63,431 nucleotides of DNA from positions 620,001 to 683,431 of the forward strand of contig RSEE01000031.1 of assembly GCA_003971905.1 (NCBI GenBank), written 5' to 3'. Positions 12,543 to 25,622 of the stretch are shown in pieces. Source of the DNA: Moniliella sp. 'wahieum'. Taxonomy: Eukaryota. Numbering within the stretch: the first letter of the stretch is position 1; the number at the start of each line of letters is the position of its first letter. The position numbers were made by a program, and so were the translations under genes. A model generated the notes under the pieces. The model was given only the letters and a program-made list of their open reading frames with translations. It made no database searches and was not told the DNA's origin.

Positions 12543-15500
12543 GGCTAAAAGAAAGTGAGGACGTGAGAAGGGCGGTGGTGTCGATGATGGAGAAGCCAGA
12601 GTGTCCCATACCCCTGGGCGGATCGGATCGCCTTTATAGAAAAAGAAGGTAAGGATAATGGCGCGTATACAGCCACGCCAACCTGCACGACGCGGGGGGT
12701 AGTGGCTAGTGGCCGGTGATCATCTGATCCGCGAGGAGGGAGCGAATGAGGCCTGGTGGTTACTGAGTAGTACTGACTCAGATCTCTGGCCGTCGGAGTG
12801 GCGGGGAGACACGCGGACGCGCCGCCACAGCTTCTGCGCGCGCAGGTGTGCATAAAAGCCTCACGAACGAGCTCTGCCGCAGTGCCCAGGCGGAAATCCC
12901 TGCCGCCCCGTGCTGTGCGCATACCCCGGATAAATGTCATCTGTGCGCTCCAGTGCTGCTGTCTGTGCGCAAGCCTGTGGCGGGCGTCAGCGCGTCAGCG
13001 CGCCAGAGCGTCGGCTCGTTAGCGCGTTGGCGCTCATCTGAGCGAATAAGCTCTAACGAAGCGCTACCCTGCGCTGCCCCTGCTGAACGCTGGCCGCAGG
13101 GGGGCACTGTTCACCGCTTCTGCATCATGCATCGTATACATACGTCATGCATCATGCCGAATGCCGAATGCCCGTGGGAGACCAGAAAACGGGTCTGCAT
13201 ATCTGGATGGGTTCTGATCGATCCCTGGACATGCACATGCTCATGCCATGATCCATGGATCGGCTTCTGAAAGCATGGCCTAGCTCATCAAATACTGTCT
13301 TCCTGCATCTGTAACAGAGCGAGAGGGTCGCTCCACTTGGGCGCCAGCATATGAGCGCCTTCAAGCTAGTTTCAAGCTTCAAGCTTCGTAGCTACAGTAG
13401 TACAGCGAGTCAAAAGTGTAAAGAGTATAGTAAAGCTATAATAGTAAAGCTGGTTATAACCAGTTTAAGCGCCATCAGTGCATCAGTGCATCAGCGTCAG
13501 CGGTAGGAGACATCAGATACGCAGGCGTCAGCGCGTCAGATGTCTCAACGTCTCAACGTGCAACCACAAGTACATGCATACCGGTAGCCCCTAAGGCCTA
13601 AGACCTAACATGTCACAGGCCCATCAAACACTCAATATTCCCTCTCCGATCCAATTCTCCCACTGCGCGGCGGTTGGACCCTCGCCTTCGTCCAGCACGA
13701 TTGGTGTATGTATGCCAATTATGTGCATCACGCGCCACCACGTCACTCGAGAATATGACAGGGGCATGTAAAACTGGCGTCCGAACAACTTCAAGTTCTT
13801 CAGCAGGTTCTCTTCTCTCGTCAAAAGAATGTGGCTGTTGCAGAGCGGCCCGTTGTCAATAACGTCTACGGTACCAGGCCATATCTTATCGTACCGGGGA
13901 AGAATTACATGCGATCACATTTCATTACGTCCCGCACGCGCCTCCCTCCTGCGAGGTGCCACAACAGATGCTCACACAGCGCTCACGCACCAAAGGTACA
14001 CTACCTGAGGCCCTGAGGCCTGAGGCTCAGGCCCCAGGCTCCATGGAGTGTGACATGATGTGAATGTGAACATGCGGCATGCGACAATATGAGGCCTGCG
14101 AGGGGGCTGTATATAGGTTGGCACGGGGCAATGTATTCCATGTTACATCCTGCTCTCGAAGCCAAAAAGTCATGTGAGGCGAAGAAGACACGCGCATCGC
14201 AACAAGAATTATAGCAGCTTGGAATGGGCAGAGAATAGCCACTGCAAGACTGTGAATCTGGGGGCCAGTACCATGCTCCATCACTTCCCTGATTGTAACC
14301 TCTCGGTGGCTCCATTTCTTTCTCTCGATCGCCACTAAGTACTAAGCCCATTATCACCATCTCTCCCACAATCAACTGCATATGATTGTGGTTGATTAAT
14401 GATTAGCGCGCGCTTAGCCCTTCCTCTTCCCCCCCTTCCCCCTACCTATGGTATGTGCGTGTACAAAACGCCTCTCCTGCCGTGTCTTGTGGTATGACGG
14501 GGGGTGTACTGTGTCCCAATTTTGGTCACTTTCCAGTTAATAGTAGTAGTAGATAGGAGCACCTTCCCTCTACTCGATATTGAACAGATACCACACCCCC
14601 ACCCTACTATTGGAAAAATGTATGTTCTAGAAGTGGTAATCATTCGTGGAGATGGAGCAAGAGCAGAGAACTTGGTGCGAAGTGAAGAACCAGGGAAAGA
14701 GTGAAACGCTGGGGACAAAAAATTGGAAATGGGAGCGAGATCACCAAACTATGATACTCAACGTTCAACGCCCTCCATCAGCGCAGCAACTTGAGAATAG
14801 TGACGTCTTGCTGTTGCTGTTCTTGTTGCTGTTCTTCAGACTTTTTCCCTCCTGAATATACCATGATAACCAGCGATATGTCAGTGTATATAGTCCCTAG
14901 TTACAAAAAGGCAATAGTGATATGCCTGTCTGCATGAGAGGAGACGCACATCATCGTGTGTACAAAAAAGGTGCCAACTGGAAAGGTTAAACGAACAGGA
15001 GATGAAGATGAGGAATGGGATGAGGCTCATATTATTTTAGTGGAGAGAAGGCGAGGTAAATGTATACCTCAGAAAAGGTGGACTGAGTCACACGGAGAAA
15101 AGAAAGGGTCAGAGCATAGGCAAGAGGGGGGAAACAGGGGTTAGCACAGATCACACGATCCAGGCAACCTGACAACTGTGTGTGACCAGGTGTATCTGAT
15201 TTCTAAGGAGATGTGATGGATGCGAACTCTGTTGAGAACCTTCGGTTTTTTTGGGACTTGTGGTCATGGTCATATGGCAAAGAGCGTGCCCGCCGCCCCC
15301 TCCTGGCCAGCTGTATCAGCTTAGTAGGATCAGTGTCGTGATGGAAATTTTCGGTAATAATACCCCATCCGTGACGAGATGTAACAGGAGATATGGAGAT
15401 GGGGGAAAGGATGAGGATCATATTCATCGAGTGGAAAGAGGGCGAGGTATCTATGTGCCTCAGAGAAGAACATGCGAGTTGAGTCACACGGAGGAAGAAG

Positions 15501-16642
15501 GGGAGTATAGTCAAAGGGAAAAACAGTGGGGTCTAATAGAACAAATCAGGGACCAGTCAACTTTGGGATCAAACGGGGTGACCAAAAGTTGGTTTGATCC
15601 CGCTACTCCCACCGATCCTCTGTGGACGCCTTTGGGTCATCTTCTTCGACAAAAATCGCCGTGGAGAAGACTTGTCGCCTCCCACCGAACCAAAGGTTGC
15701 CAGATCAGGGTGAGAGCTTGAGCAGCGCGCGGGCTCGTGTCAGCACGACCCTTCTTCCCGTGGAATGGTGAGGTTCATCTCCCTTTTTCCTGTGCGGCAG
15801 GGGGGCGATGGGGAGTGACCGAGGAGACCCCTGGCCATGGCGCATCTCGGCGTCCACACCCTAATAGGATGTCACGAGACCTGAGGAAACATGGGAATGT
15901 AGTGAGAACCGGGTCGTTCTTCACGTTTTCATCAAAGGCGGAGCCTGCCGTCCATCACCATCCTTGGTACCACTATTCGACTATCCTCTGCTCCGTTTGC
16001 ACCACCACTCTCCTTTGAGCCAGTCGCGGAAAAGGCGCCAGAGAACGCTATCAGATAACTGAGCTCTTGAACGTTCAACTGAACGTTGAACATATGAGAT
16101 CGGATATCCGGAGATCGGAACGCCGGTCGGGACGTCTTGCACCGAGTGCCGGCACGGCGGTACAGAACAGATTGAGTGGGGCAAACGTCGACGTTAATCT
16201 CCCCATCAATACCACTGTTTGTACGCATCCCACACCCCCACATTGTGTGGCTAAAGCAGGGGCCCGTCTGCTTTTTAATTGGTGTGGGGCGGTTGGGATG
16301 TACCGATGCGCTGTGGTATTCTAACTGAGTGTTGTCTGTTGAGAGTCGGACGGGGTGAGAGGATGCGAGCAAAAGGGCAAGCGCACACGCTGTCGTTGTT
16401 AGATGGGGCCATTGGTTAACCCGGTGATGCAGCCTTCTCCGGCTTTCGAGCCGCACTCTCTGCCGAGGAGATAGAAGAGAGATGTTCTGATTTAAAAGCA
16501 CACTATTCGAAAGTACCACTTGGGCTTACCGCCAACTCCTGTGTCAGTGCTTATTTAGTCTCACCAACCCCACCACCACCCACACACCAGCACCCGAGCT
16601 GTTGTGAATTTGGTGATCTCCACGTCCTCTAGACAACTGGAG

Positions 16643-18561
16643 ATGCGTCGTCAGTTCGTTTCCACTTTCAGGACATTTACCACTACGAGTGCTTCCCTCC
16701 GGGCGACTACAAAAATGGATCGCGTGAGCAGTGCCGACATGTTCAAGGGAGCCGACACGGCCGCGATGGACCGCAAGGGTCCGCTGTTCGCCGGACAAGC
16801 AAACTTGCCCCACCTCCCGGTCCCAAGTTGGAGGAAACTCTACCCAAGTACCTCAAGTCGACCAATCCCTTCCATAAGACACGGGAAGAGAAGGAGACGA
16901 CCGAGGCCGCGGTACAGGCTGCGCTTGAAGGCTCCGAGGCCCAGCTCTTTCAAAAGTTGCAAGCTCGCCTCGAGGCCCGGGCAAAAACCAAGACGAGTTG
17001 GTTGGCGGTGTGGAATGATATGGCGTACTTTGGCTATCGTGATGCCTTGATGCCCAATGTCAACTACTTTTACTGCCATCACAATGACCGCACCCGAAAG
17101 AGCAACCTTCTTCGTGCCCCGGTCTTGGTAAAGGCCTTCCTTGCTTTCCGCCGCCTCGTGGAAACGGGCCAGCTGGACCCTGACATGGGGAAGCATGGCC
17201 CGCTGGACATGAGCTCCTTTGTCTGGCTCTTCAATTCCTGTCGCATCCCCCGGGCCGAGTGGACTATGCTGTCAAGTTTGATCCGGCCACCAACAATCAC
17301 CTCGTCGTGCTCCGCAATGGGCACTGCTGGTCCTTCGATCTCCTTCATCCCACCTCGGGAGAGGAACTGTCGGAGCTGGAAATTCGATCGCAGCTTCAAC
17401 GTATCCTCCAAGACCCGGAGAGCAGCAAGCCCGCGACCTATTCCCTAGGTGCTCTCACTGGAGGCAACCGAGACGGGCCAAAGCCCGGGAGCTGATCGTG
17501 GCCCATTCTCCTCTTAATCGCAAGGCGCTGGAGAAAATTGAATCATCTGTCTTCATCTTGGCTTTGGACAACGACTCGCCTGTCACCCCAACCAGAGGGC
17601 GTGGGCAACGTGGACAGGTGGCAAGGGGGGATTAAACCGATTCTTTGACAAGCAGCAACTTGTTGTGTTTGAAAATGGTGTGTCGGGCTACAATGGTGAA
17701 CACAGCACCATGGATGGCACACCCACCCTACGCCTTAATGACTTTTCCCTCGCCGTTGTGGCGGAAGGCAAGATCAGTATGGGGACGAGCGACAGTGGGG
17801 CTTCCCTCCCTCCACCCGAGCGACTTGATTTTGACCTCCCTCCACTCAGTAAGGAGGCAATCAAGACGGCGCAGGCTGAGTTTGACTCCACCATGGGCCA
17901 GTGTGAAGTGGTGGTACAGAACTTTATCGGGTACGGCAAGGACACAATCAAGAACTTTGGTGTCTCCCCGGATGGCTGGGTGCAGATGGTGATTCAACTG
18001 GCCTATCACAAGTTGCATGGCGGGCCTACGGCGGGTGTATGAGAGTGCGCAGACACGCAAGTTCCTCCATGGAAGGACTGAAGTTGTTCGTTCATGTTCG
18101 GATGAAAGTACTGCGTTCTGCCGTGCCTTCCTGGACCACACTGTGCCTGACCAGGAGATCCACCAGCTCTTTCAAGCGGCAGTCACTCAGCACATTCGTT
18201 ACGCAAAGGCTGCCGCCGACGGCAAAGGAGTAGATCGCCACCTGCTTGGTCTCAAGAAGATGGTAGGGTCAGATGAGCCCTTGCCTGCCCTCTTCACTGA
18301 TCCTGCGTTTGAGCAAAGCTCGCACTGGCGCTTGTCCACTTCCCAGATCTCGTCAGAGTATCTTGCTTTCCTTGGCTTTGGACCGGTCGTAGCCGATGGA
18401 TATGGGGTAGCGTATTGCATCAAGAAGAACCACATTGAATGGTGCGTTTCCTCTCGCGAATCCGATACAGCCAAATTGGCGTACTACCTCCAAGAGTCGG
18501 CGTTGGAACTGCAGGCCATGTTCATCCGTTTGCTAAAGAATAAGGACCAGGCCCAGTGTGA
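16643..18561 (+). CDS. CAT2: Carnitine O-acetyltransferase (choline/carnitine acyltransferase family), frameshifted
   Basis: Motifs 'LPHLPVP', 'FNSCRIP', 'NRFFDK', catalytic 'GYNGEHSTMDG', 'SPDGWVQMVIQLAY', 'YESAQTRKFLHGRTE', 'GVDRHLLGL', 'LSTSQ', 'GFGPVVADGYG'. Arg/Ser/Thr-rich N-terminal presequence. Confidence 0.93.
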
Positions 18562-19490
18562 AGTCGGGGAAGAATACATTTTTCTGTGGACTCTTCTTCG
18601 TCATTCACGTCCGTCCGGCATAAAGACTTATTCTTTCGTAGCATTGGCGAGGTAAGGTCGGTAAACTTCCCAAGAGAGGCTTATCGAGCGGATATAGGGC
18701 TCGGTGCTTCCCGTTACAGCACCTGCTCCTTCGGGAACTTTGAGTTGCGGGCCGTCGTGCCCGATGCACATCCCCCCATTGAACCCGCCTTGTTCACTTG
18801 CTCGGTAGGGATGATGGTGAGCTGGGAGGTGTGGCCCCGTTGTTCCACAATCGTCGGCTCAAAGAATGTATGAACCGAGTCTGCACCTCTTCCATCAGCC
18901 TCGACCGTTGTGCCTCGACTTATTGGCCGGTGTAAAAGGGCGAAACCAGCCCATCTTCCTCGTTTTACAGGCAGGTCCGCTGTCCCCATCAGATCGCGTA
19001 CCCTAAAGTTATAGACAGTAGAACCTATTGCCTCTTAGTCTTGTTTTCGCTCGACTTTCAGTGGTATGTACTGGTTAATGCATCCCTGAAGACTATGGGA
19101 AGAGACGTCAGTCGTGCAGAGTTCTCCCATGTGGTCTTGATTCCTGGTCGAGTCTCTCCCTTTTCCTGATTACCGCCACCATCACCCGGGATTGCACCAT
19201 CGCCCTCTCAGCATCGATCCCTCATCGCCATCATGAGGACGTTGATCATATTGGTTTTTACAGCGCTGGCATGAGTAATATACAGAGACTCCTATGAATC
19301 GGGCTGCGGCACTGGTTGTACAGGTCGTCAGAGGGATATATTCGCACACAAAAGGAAACGAGCGGCACTCTTGCGTACCGCACAAGGACCATGGCGAAGC
19401 CAGCAACGGTGGGCCATGGGATAAACGCCAAGATAACGGATACAAGTATCCGAATGCCTCAAAATAATGCAGAAAAGTAAAAAGTGCGAA

Positions 19491-20910
19491 TTAAGCAGTC
19501 GTCACAGCTGGACCATCTTTTTCGGTCGAAACCGAGTGGCCGTCGGGGTCGGGAAGTACCGTCTCCGCAAGGTGAGTTCGTTGGCAGCTGGGACTCCGAT
19601 GGCTGGTACATGGCCTCCTCGCCGATTTGGGCGAGGTCAATACCAAGAAGTTCCTCCTCTTCGCTCACGCGAAGTTGCAATAAGGGATGCGATCAATGAG
19701 GAAGAGAAGGATAAGGGTCAGGGCGAAGCTCCAGCCCACACCGTAGCACGAGTCGGCCAGTTGGTACCCCAGTTGAATGTAATGATGGTTGATCCAGCCT
19801 CCTGGAATGGGGTCGGACAGATCGAATGAAGCAACCCGGTTGTCGGCAAAGAGCGCAGTCAAACGTTACCGGCCACCCCGCCAATCGCATGCGCAGCAAA
19901 AATCGAGTGAATCATCAATCTTCAGTACCGTCTTGAGTCCCGTACCGAAGTTGCATACCGTCGCGCCCACCACACCAAACACGAGACTGGAAGGGTGCTA
20001 ACATAGCCCGACGCGGGAGTGATGGCCACCAGACCGCTGATGACGCCCGAACAGAACCCAACAGTAGACCACTTCCGCTCCAAACGGTAGTCCAACACAT
20101 CCAGTGTGATTCCACCCATGGCGACGCGACAACGGTAACCATTGTGGCTTGCACCGCGCAAGTTGGCTCCCGGCCGAGCCACCGTTGAAGCCAATCCATC
20201 CGACCCAAAGGAACACAGTGCCAAGAACGACGTAAGAAACATTGTAGGGGCGATACGCGAGGCGCTCAGTTCCATACCCGCTGCGCTTCCGAGGAACAGA
20301 CTGATGGCGAGCGCAGCCACTCCTGACACGTGTGTACGGGCGTGCCACCGGCGAAATCGAGACCACCCATCACGTTGCCCCAGCCCACGCCATGTTCCAG
20401 GTTGAGTTGGCCAGGGGAGAGTACACAATGGTGCTCCAGCAAAAGGTGAAAATCAGGATCGGACCCAGCCGCGCACGGTCGGCGAAGGCGCCGCAAGCAA
20501 TCACGGGCGTGATGGCAGCAAACATGCCTTGGTAGAGGCAGAACAGCAGGGAAGGGATGCTCGCTGACCCGACCGACGGGCCCAGGTCGACTTTCATCAG
20601 ACCAAAGTGGCGCAGGTCGCCAATGAACGCCGAGCCGGTTTCGGAAAAGGAGAGAGAAAAGCCCCAGAAGAACCACTCGACAAGTACGACCGACATGACG
20701 GCCATGCTCATCCAGATCATCGACAAGGCATTTTTGCGGCGAAGCAGGCCGCCATAGAAAAACCCAGACCGGGAATCATGAGCATGACGAGTGCCGAGGC
20801 AGTGATGACCCAAGCAATGTCGCCCAGGTTGTATACCTGGGCCTGCCATCAACCCAGATTTGAATGTTACCCTCGGAGGTGAGGGTTGCGTTGTACGTGT
20901 CGGCAAGCAT
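19491..20910 (-). CDS. MEP: Ammonium transporter (Mep/Amt family), frameshifted
   Basis: 'GFFYGGLLRRKNAL', 'WFFWGFSLSFS', 'YQGMFAAITP..ACGAFADR', 'LDFAGGTPVH', 'LWVGWIGFNGGS', 'GLVAITPASG', 'LRVSEEEELLGID'. 3' end approximate. Confidence 0.94.
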
Positions 20911-21042
20911 GCTGTGAGTGCCCACGACAGATGTGGGGGGTGCGAACGCTAGGGTGTACGCGGGTGGAAGAGGTGCCAGGCGGGCGCAATAACTGGGTGG
21001 GGGTTTTGGGTGCCAGGTCGTGGCACATGTGGAGGCAGAGGG

Positions 21043-21049
21043 TTATATA
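21043..21049 (-). promoter_or_regulatory. Putative TATA box of the ammonium transporter gene
   Basis: TTATATA about 135 nt upstream of the ATG at 20910. Confidence 0.45.
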
Positions 21050-24000
21050 ACAAGCGGAGCGCAAAGGAGAAATGGCGCGCGGTAATCGATAATCGATGAT
21101 CGCTGATGAACGCTCAGCGCTCAGCCTCACGGCCACAAGTGGAGCCTTGGCTTCATCGCTCAGAGCGTTGTGCATCCCGGTGGAGAAAGACGCCCAGGGG
21201 CAGAGGAGCAGTGTGCCAACTACCCCGACTCAGGCCCAATCTTGAAGCTTGACTTGAAGCTTTCTTATCTGCTCTTATCGAGTCTCGGACAGCTTGGGGC
21301 TGGGGGCCTGGGGGGCTTGGCGCTTGGAACGCAAGTATGGCAACACTGTCTGCTACTGCCCCCCTGCGGCACCAAAACATCATCAACATTGGACCTCGAT
21401 GATCGATCGATGAACATGAATCGCGACCCCCTAGGAACCTAGGTACCACAAGTTGCCAATAGTGCGTTGGTGCCGAGCCCAGGACTGAGTACTGAGGGGA
21501 CTGGTACGGAGGTACTGAGGCACTGGGGCATCAGACCGGGGGCCTGCTGGGACCGAACAAGCAGCACTGGTGCTCTACTTGCGGATTATTCAGCTTTCCG
21601 CATCAGATGCACCAGGAGGCAGTCATTACTCCATTCAAGGGTGAGCCGGTGAGAGCTAGCCCACCGGTCACATGCAACGTGCGCACGCAAGCGCACAGAA
21701 TCATGCATGATGATCGATGAGCATGATGCATGGTGCGGAGAGCTTTCCGGGGACGGGGCTGGTGTTCCTGTTCCTGTCCCTCCCATACAGAGCGAGCGAC
21801 TCCATAGATGCACATTATCATAGTCACGCGTCACGCCTCCGTCCCAGCACGTCTCTCAGCCGGCCCTCCATCGGGCTGCCCCGGGCCTCAGAATCAAGCT
21901 TCAAGCTTTCAAGCCCAAGCGCGCGCTCAAGCGCTCAAATATCTAGTGCTTGTGACCTAGTGACCGTCACGCGTCACGCGTCACGCGTCACACGTCACAC
22001 GCCATCAGCAGTCCTATATCCTAGTCCCTACTCCCTACGCTGCGCGCTACTGCCGAATTGGATCGAACTCAGTTACTCAGTTACTCAGTAACTAGTAACT
22101 CAGGACTTTTGTACTCCCGTTCTCCTCCTTCAGGCCTCAGGCACAGACTCCACAGTGGGTGCCACATGTGTCATCTCCGTTGTATAATCGCAAGCGATAA
22201 TCGATAACAGGTTTAATAACTCCGCGCTTGCCTCTCTGTATCGAAGAGTACACTCGAGTACCACGCACGCATCGTGCAATCCATGGTTAATCCGGTTAAT
22301 GATAATCGATTATCGATTCCCAGTTACCCATCGAATATCATCGATCGTCCCGTCCCCTGTCGGGTACCCCATATACACGACGATGCCCCACGTCGTCCCC
22401 GACGAATCGATCGTTTCAGATAAATTCTCGATAATCGATCTTTTGCCCAACCCGATCATCGATCATCGATCATCGACGATCAAAAGCCCAGGGCTAAGAT
22501 TTTTGTTCCTTCAGCGGTTCAGCCGCAGGGCTCTATATGTATGGGCGACGACGGGCAACAAAAATTAATGACCAGAATAGGAATGGGAATGGAGATGATC
22601 GAGATGAACGTACGGGATGGTCGATAAATTAAAGCTTCGATAAGTAGATTAAAAGTGAAATGAAATGAAAATATCTCAGTTGTCTGTGACGCATATGACG
22701 GAGTTAGGTAGTTATTCATTACTGCATGCATATCTCGTTTACGAAGCTATTCAGACCCAAGGGACAACGAAAAAGCGCGCCTACCATACAGGCTCGTTCA
22801 TCGTCCGGCGCGTGCTACTAGCCAACCCAAGCAGGAAAACCCATTGGTGCCTTTATCGCCAACAAGTCAGGACCATCTGGCTCCCACCATTCGCTTCCAA
22901 ACCGAATGCAGCGCAATGAGTGGAGGGGAATGAGCGCGGTAGTAATAGAGACACTACACATATGTGAGCGTTTCGATGAGCCATCTCCAAATATGTCATG
23001 CTGTTCAGAAAGTCCAGCTTTCAGCACACAAAAACCTGGTCGGCCGTCTTTTGGCCTAATGCCCCGTGCGTGTCCTCACAACTGTGAAGTGAAGAGCGGA
23101 TTCTGAATCGTCCCTGATGGTACCTGTCGTTTCTTCCTTCGCATTCTGCGTATTTAGCTCCAAAAGAAAAAACAGTCGATAATGCAGACCTGTACCTTCT
23201 TTGTACCCGAACTCTCCCTCAGAGTGTGGCCCATCTGTTCCATACGCTTGTGGCCTTCTTCCCTTTCCATTTCCCCCTTCTTCCTCCGAAGTGGCCGCCT
23301 CTCTTTGGAGAAGTGGTGGATGCCATCCCGAAAATGGAGAGCGAAAAGGCCTAAAAGCCTTTTATAGTCTTTTAGTCTTAGTCTTAGATTTATCGTTTAA
23401 GCATTAGAATCGAAGTCATGAGCTGACGCCGGACTGGACCTCGACCCGCCTGAGAACAGGGGTACTTTCCCTTGCAGGAGGACGGACCACTCACGGTTAA
23501 TTGAAGCTGAATAGTTTTTTGGTAGACTGGAACGGCGCTAGAGACGAGGTGAGACATCCTATTCGAGCACGGCTGGCAAGTTCTCGCATGTGCCGGAAGG
23601 AGCAATCCTATTATAACCTCTTCCGCTTCCTGCTACTTCGGCTTTGCCCAACAGAGCCAGAAAATCGATAAGACTTCCTATCTGTGGCGACACCTCTTAC
23701 ATCTCTTTTTGGCATTAACGTTATTTACAGAAAGTTGAAGGGCATTCCTGGCATCAGCATTATCCATCCCTCCGTACTATATACATGAGGCGTTGCTATG
23801 CGCAGATGTAATTTCGGAAGTCGAGAATATCTTCGCCAACAATCTAATAGACTGCATAGCACACTCTCTGTGACTGAAAGTCACATTGGTACAGAACAAT
23901 TGACAGAACTGCACTGTGTGGTGGAAGACTCACTAAAATAAGGAAGGGAGAAGGATGAATGGGATTGCATGGGAAACGGTTACCCAACCATGATACGGCT

Positions 24001-24231
24001 TTCACGGAGGTCAAAAGAAACGAATGGGGGTATTGAACGCAAAAGGGCTTCAGTGGCTAAGGTGTTGTCCGTGATCGGTACAGCGCTTTCCAGAATACTA
24101 TACGCGATGCATACGTCACGCCTGTTTAGCTTTAATTGCTAGTGTATACAAGAAAAATGGATATGTTTTGCAGACAAGCAGGATCGTCATGAACTCATGA
24201 GAGGCGTTTCGTGAGCAGCAAACCGGTATAC

Positions 24232-25622
24232 TTAGGCCTTGTGCTGGTTGGTGAGGACCTTGGGGGGCTGGTTGTTGCGGGTGAACGAGTCAATGCCAGC
24301 GTAGGTCGAGGTGGGCTCGAGGTGCTCAATGCGGAGGAGCTGGTTGTACTTGGCAACACGCTCCGAGCGGGCGGGCGCACCGGACTTGATCAGGCCCGCG
24401 CCCAGACCGACAACCAGGTCGGCAATCGACGTGTCCTCCGTCTCGCCCGAGCGGTGGGACACCATGACGGCCCAGCCGTCCGACTGGGCCAGCTTGGCGG
24501 CCTCAATCGACTCGGTAATGGTGCCAATCTGGTTGATCTTGAGCAAAAGACCGTTGCACGACTTCTTGGCAATCGCATCCTTAATCCGCAGCACGTTGGT
24601 GACCGTCAAGTCATCGCCAATGACCGTCACGCCAGCGTTGGCACGGAAGTAGCTCCACGCCTCCCAGTCGTCCTGCTCGAAGGGGTCCTCAATTGACGCA
24701 ATGGGGTACTTCTTGATATAGCCAAGGTACACATCGGCCAGCTCCTTGCCCGTGAGCCACTTGCTCGGGTCCGAGTTGGGATTCTTAAAGTCCAAGTCGT
24801 ACTTGCCGTCCTTGTAGAATTCGGACGAGGCAACGTCGAGCGAGATGTGGACCTTGCCCGTGTAGCCAGCCTTCTCAATGGCGGCAGTAAGCAGCTCCAG
24901 CGACTCCTCGGCACCCTCAACGTTGGGAGCAAAGCCGCCCTCGTCACCCACGTTGGTAGCGTCAATGCCGTACTTGGCCTTGATGACCGACTTGAGGTTG
25001 TGATACACCTCAGTAGCGACCTGCATGGCCTCTGTGAAGGTCTTGGCACCCGTAGGGACAATCATGAACTCCTGGAAAGCCAGGCGGTTGCCAGCATGCT
25101 CACCACCGTTGATGACGTTGCAAGCAATGCTAGGCAAGACGTAAGGGGGAGCAATACCAGCCAGCTTGGCGTAGTACTTGTACAGAGGAAGGCCCTCCTG
25201 GGCGGCACCAGCCTTGGAGACGGCCGTGGAGACACCAAGGATGGCGTTGGCACCGAGCTTGCCCTTGTTGGGGGTACCGTCAAGCTGGTTGAGGAAAGCG
25301 TCAATGCCCTTCTGATCCGTGACGGCAAAGTTGGCCTTGATGAGGGCGGGGGCAATGATGTCGTTCACGTTGGCAACAGCCTTAGTGACGCCCTTGCCCA
25401 TGTAGGCCTTGCCGCCGTCACGGAGCTCCACCGCCTCGTGGATACCGGTCGAGGCGCCCGAGGGAACCGCAGCGCGGAAGAGGCCCTTCTCGGTGGTGAG
25501 GTCAACCTCGACGGTGGGGTTACCGCGCGAGTCGAACTGGAGACAGAGTCAGCAGGGAGGTACAACGTAATAGGGTAGCGAGGACGCACGATCTGACGGG
25601 CGAAGACGCTGGTGATGGGCAT
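24232..25622 (-). CDS. ENO1: Enolase; exon 1 25622-25590, intron 25589-25537, exon 2 25536-24232
   Basis: Spliced N-terminus [22 protein letters not shown]; motifs '[11 protein letters not shown]', 'VGDEGGFAP', 'SIEDPF', 'LLLKINQIG', 'VSHRSGET', '[15 protein letters not shown]'; intron GTGCGT..GCTGAC..CCAG. Frame intact. Confidence 0.98.

Noticed and set aside
22740..23326. Small minus-strand spliced gene (MASTTSPKRGG...)
   Set aside because: Some splice-like signals exist, but there is no coherent ORF or recognisable domain; support is insufficient.
24195..24234. Cryptic peroxisomal isoform of enolase by stop readthrough (also checked at the PDC and aconitase stops)
   Set aside because: Stops are TAA without the TGA-CTA readthrough context, and the enolase and PDC extensions do not end in a PTS1-like tripeptide.
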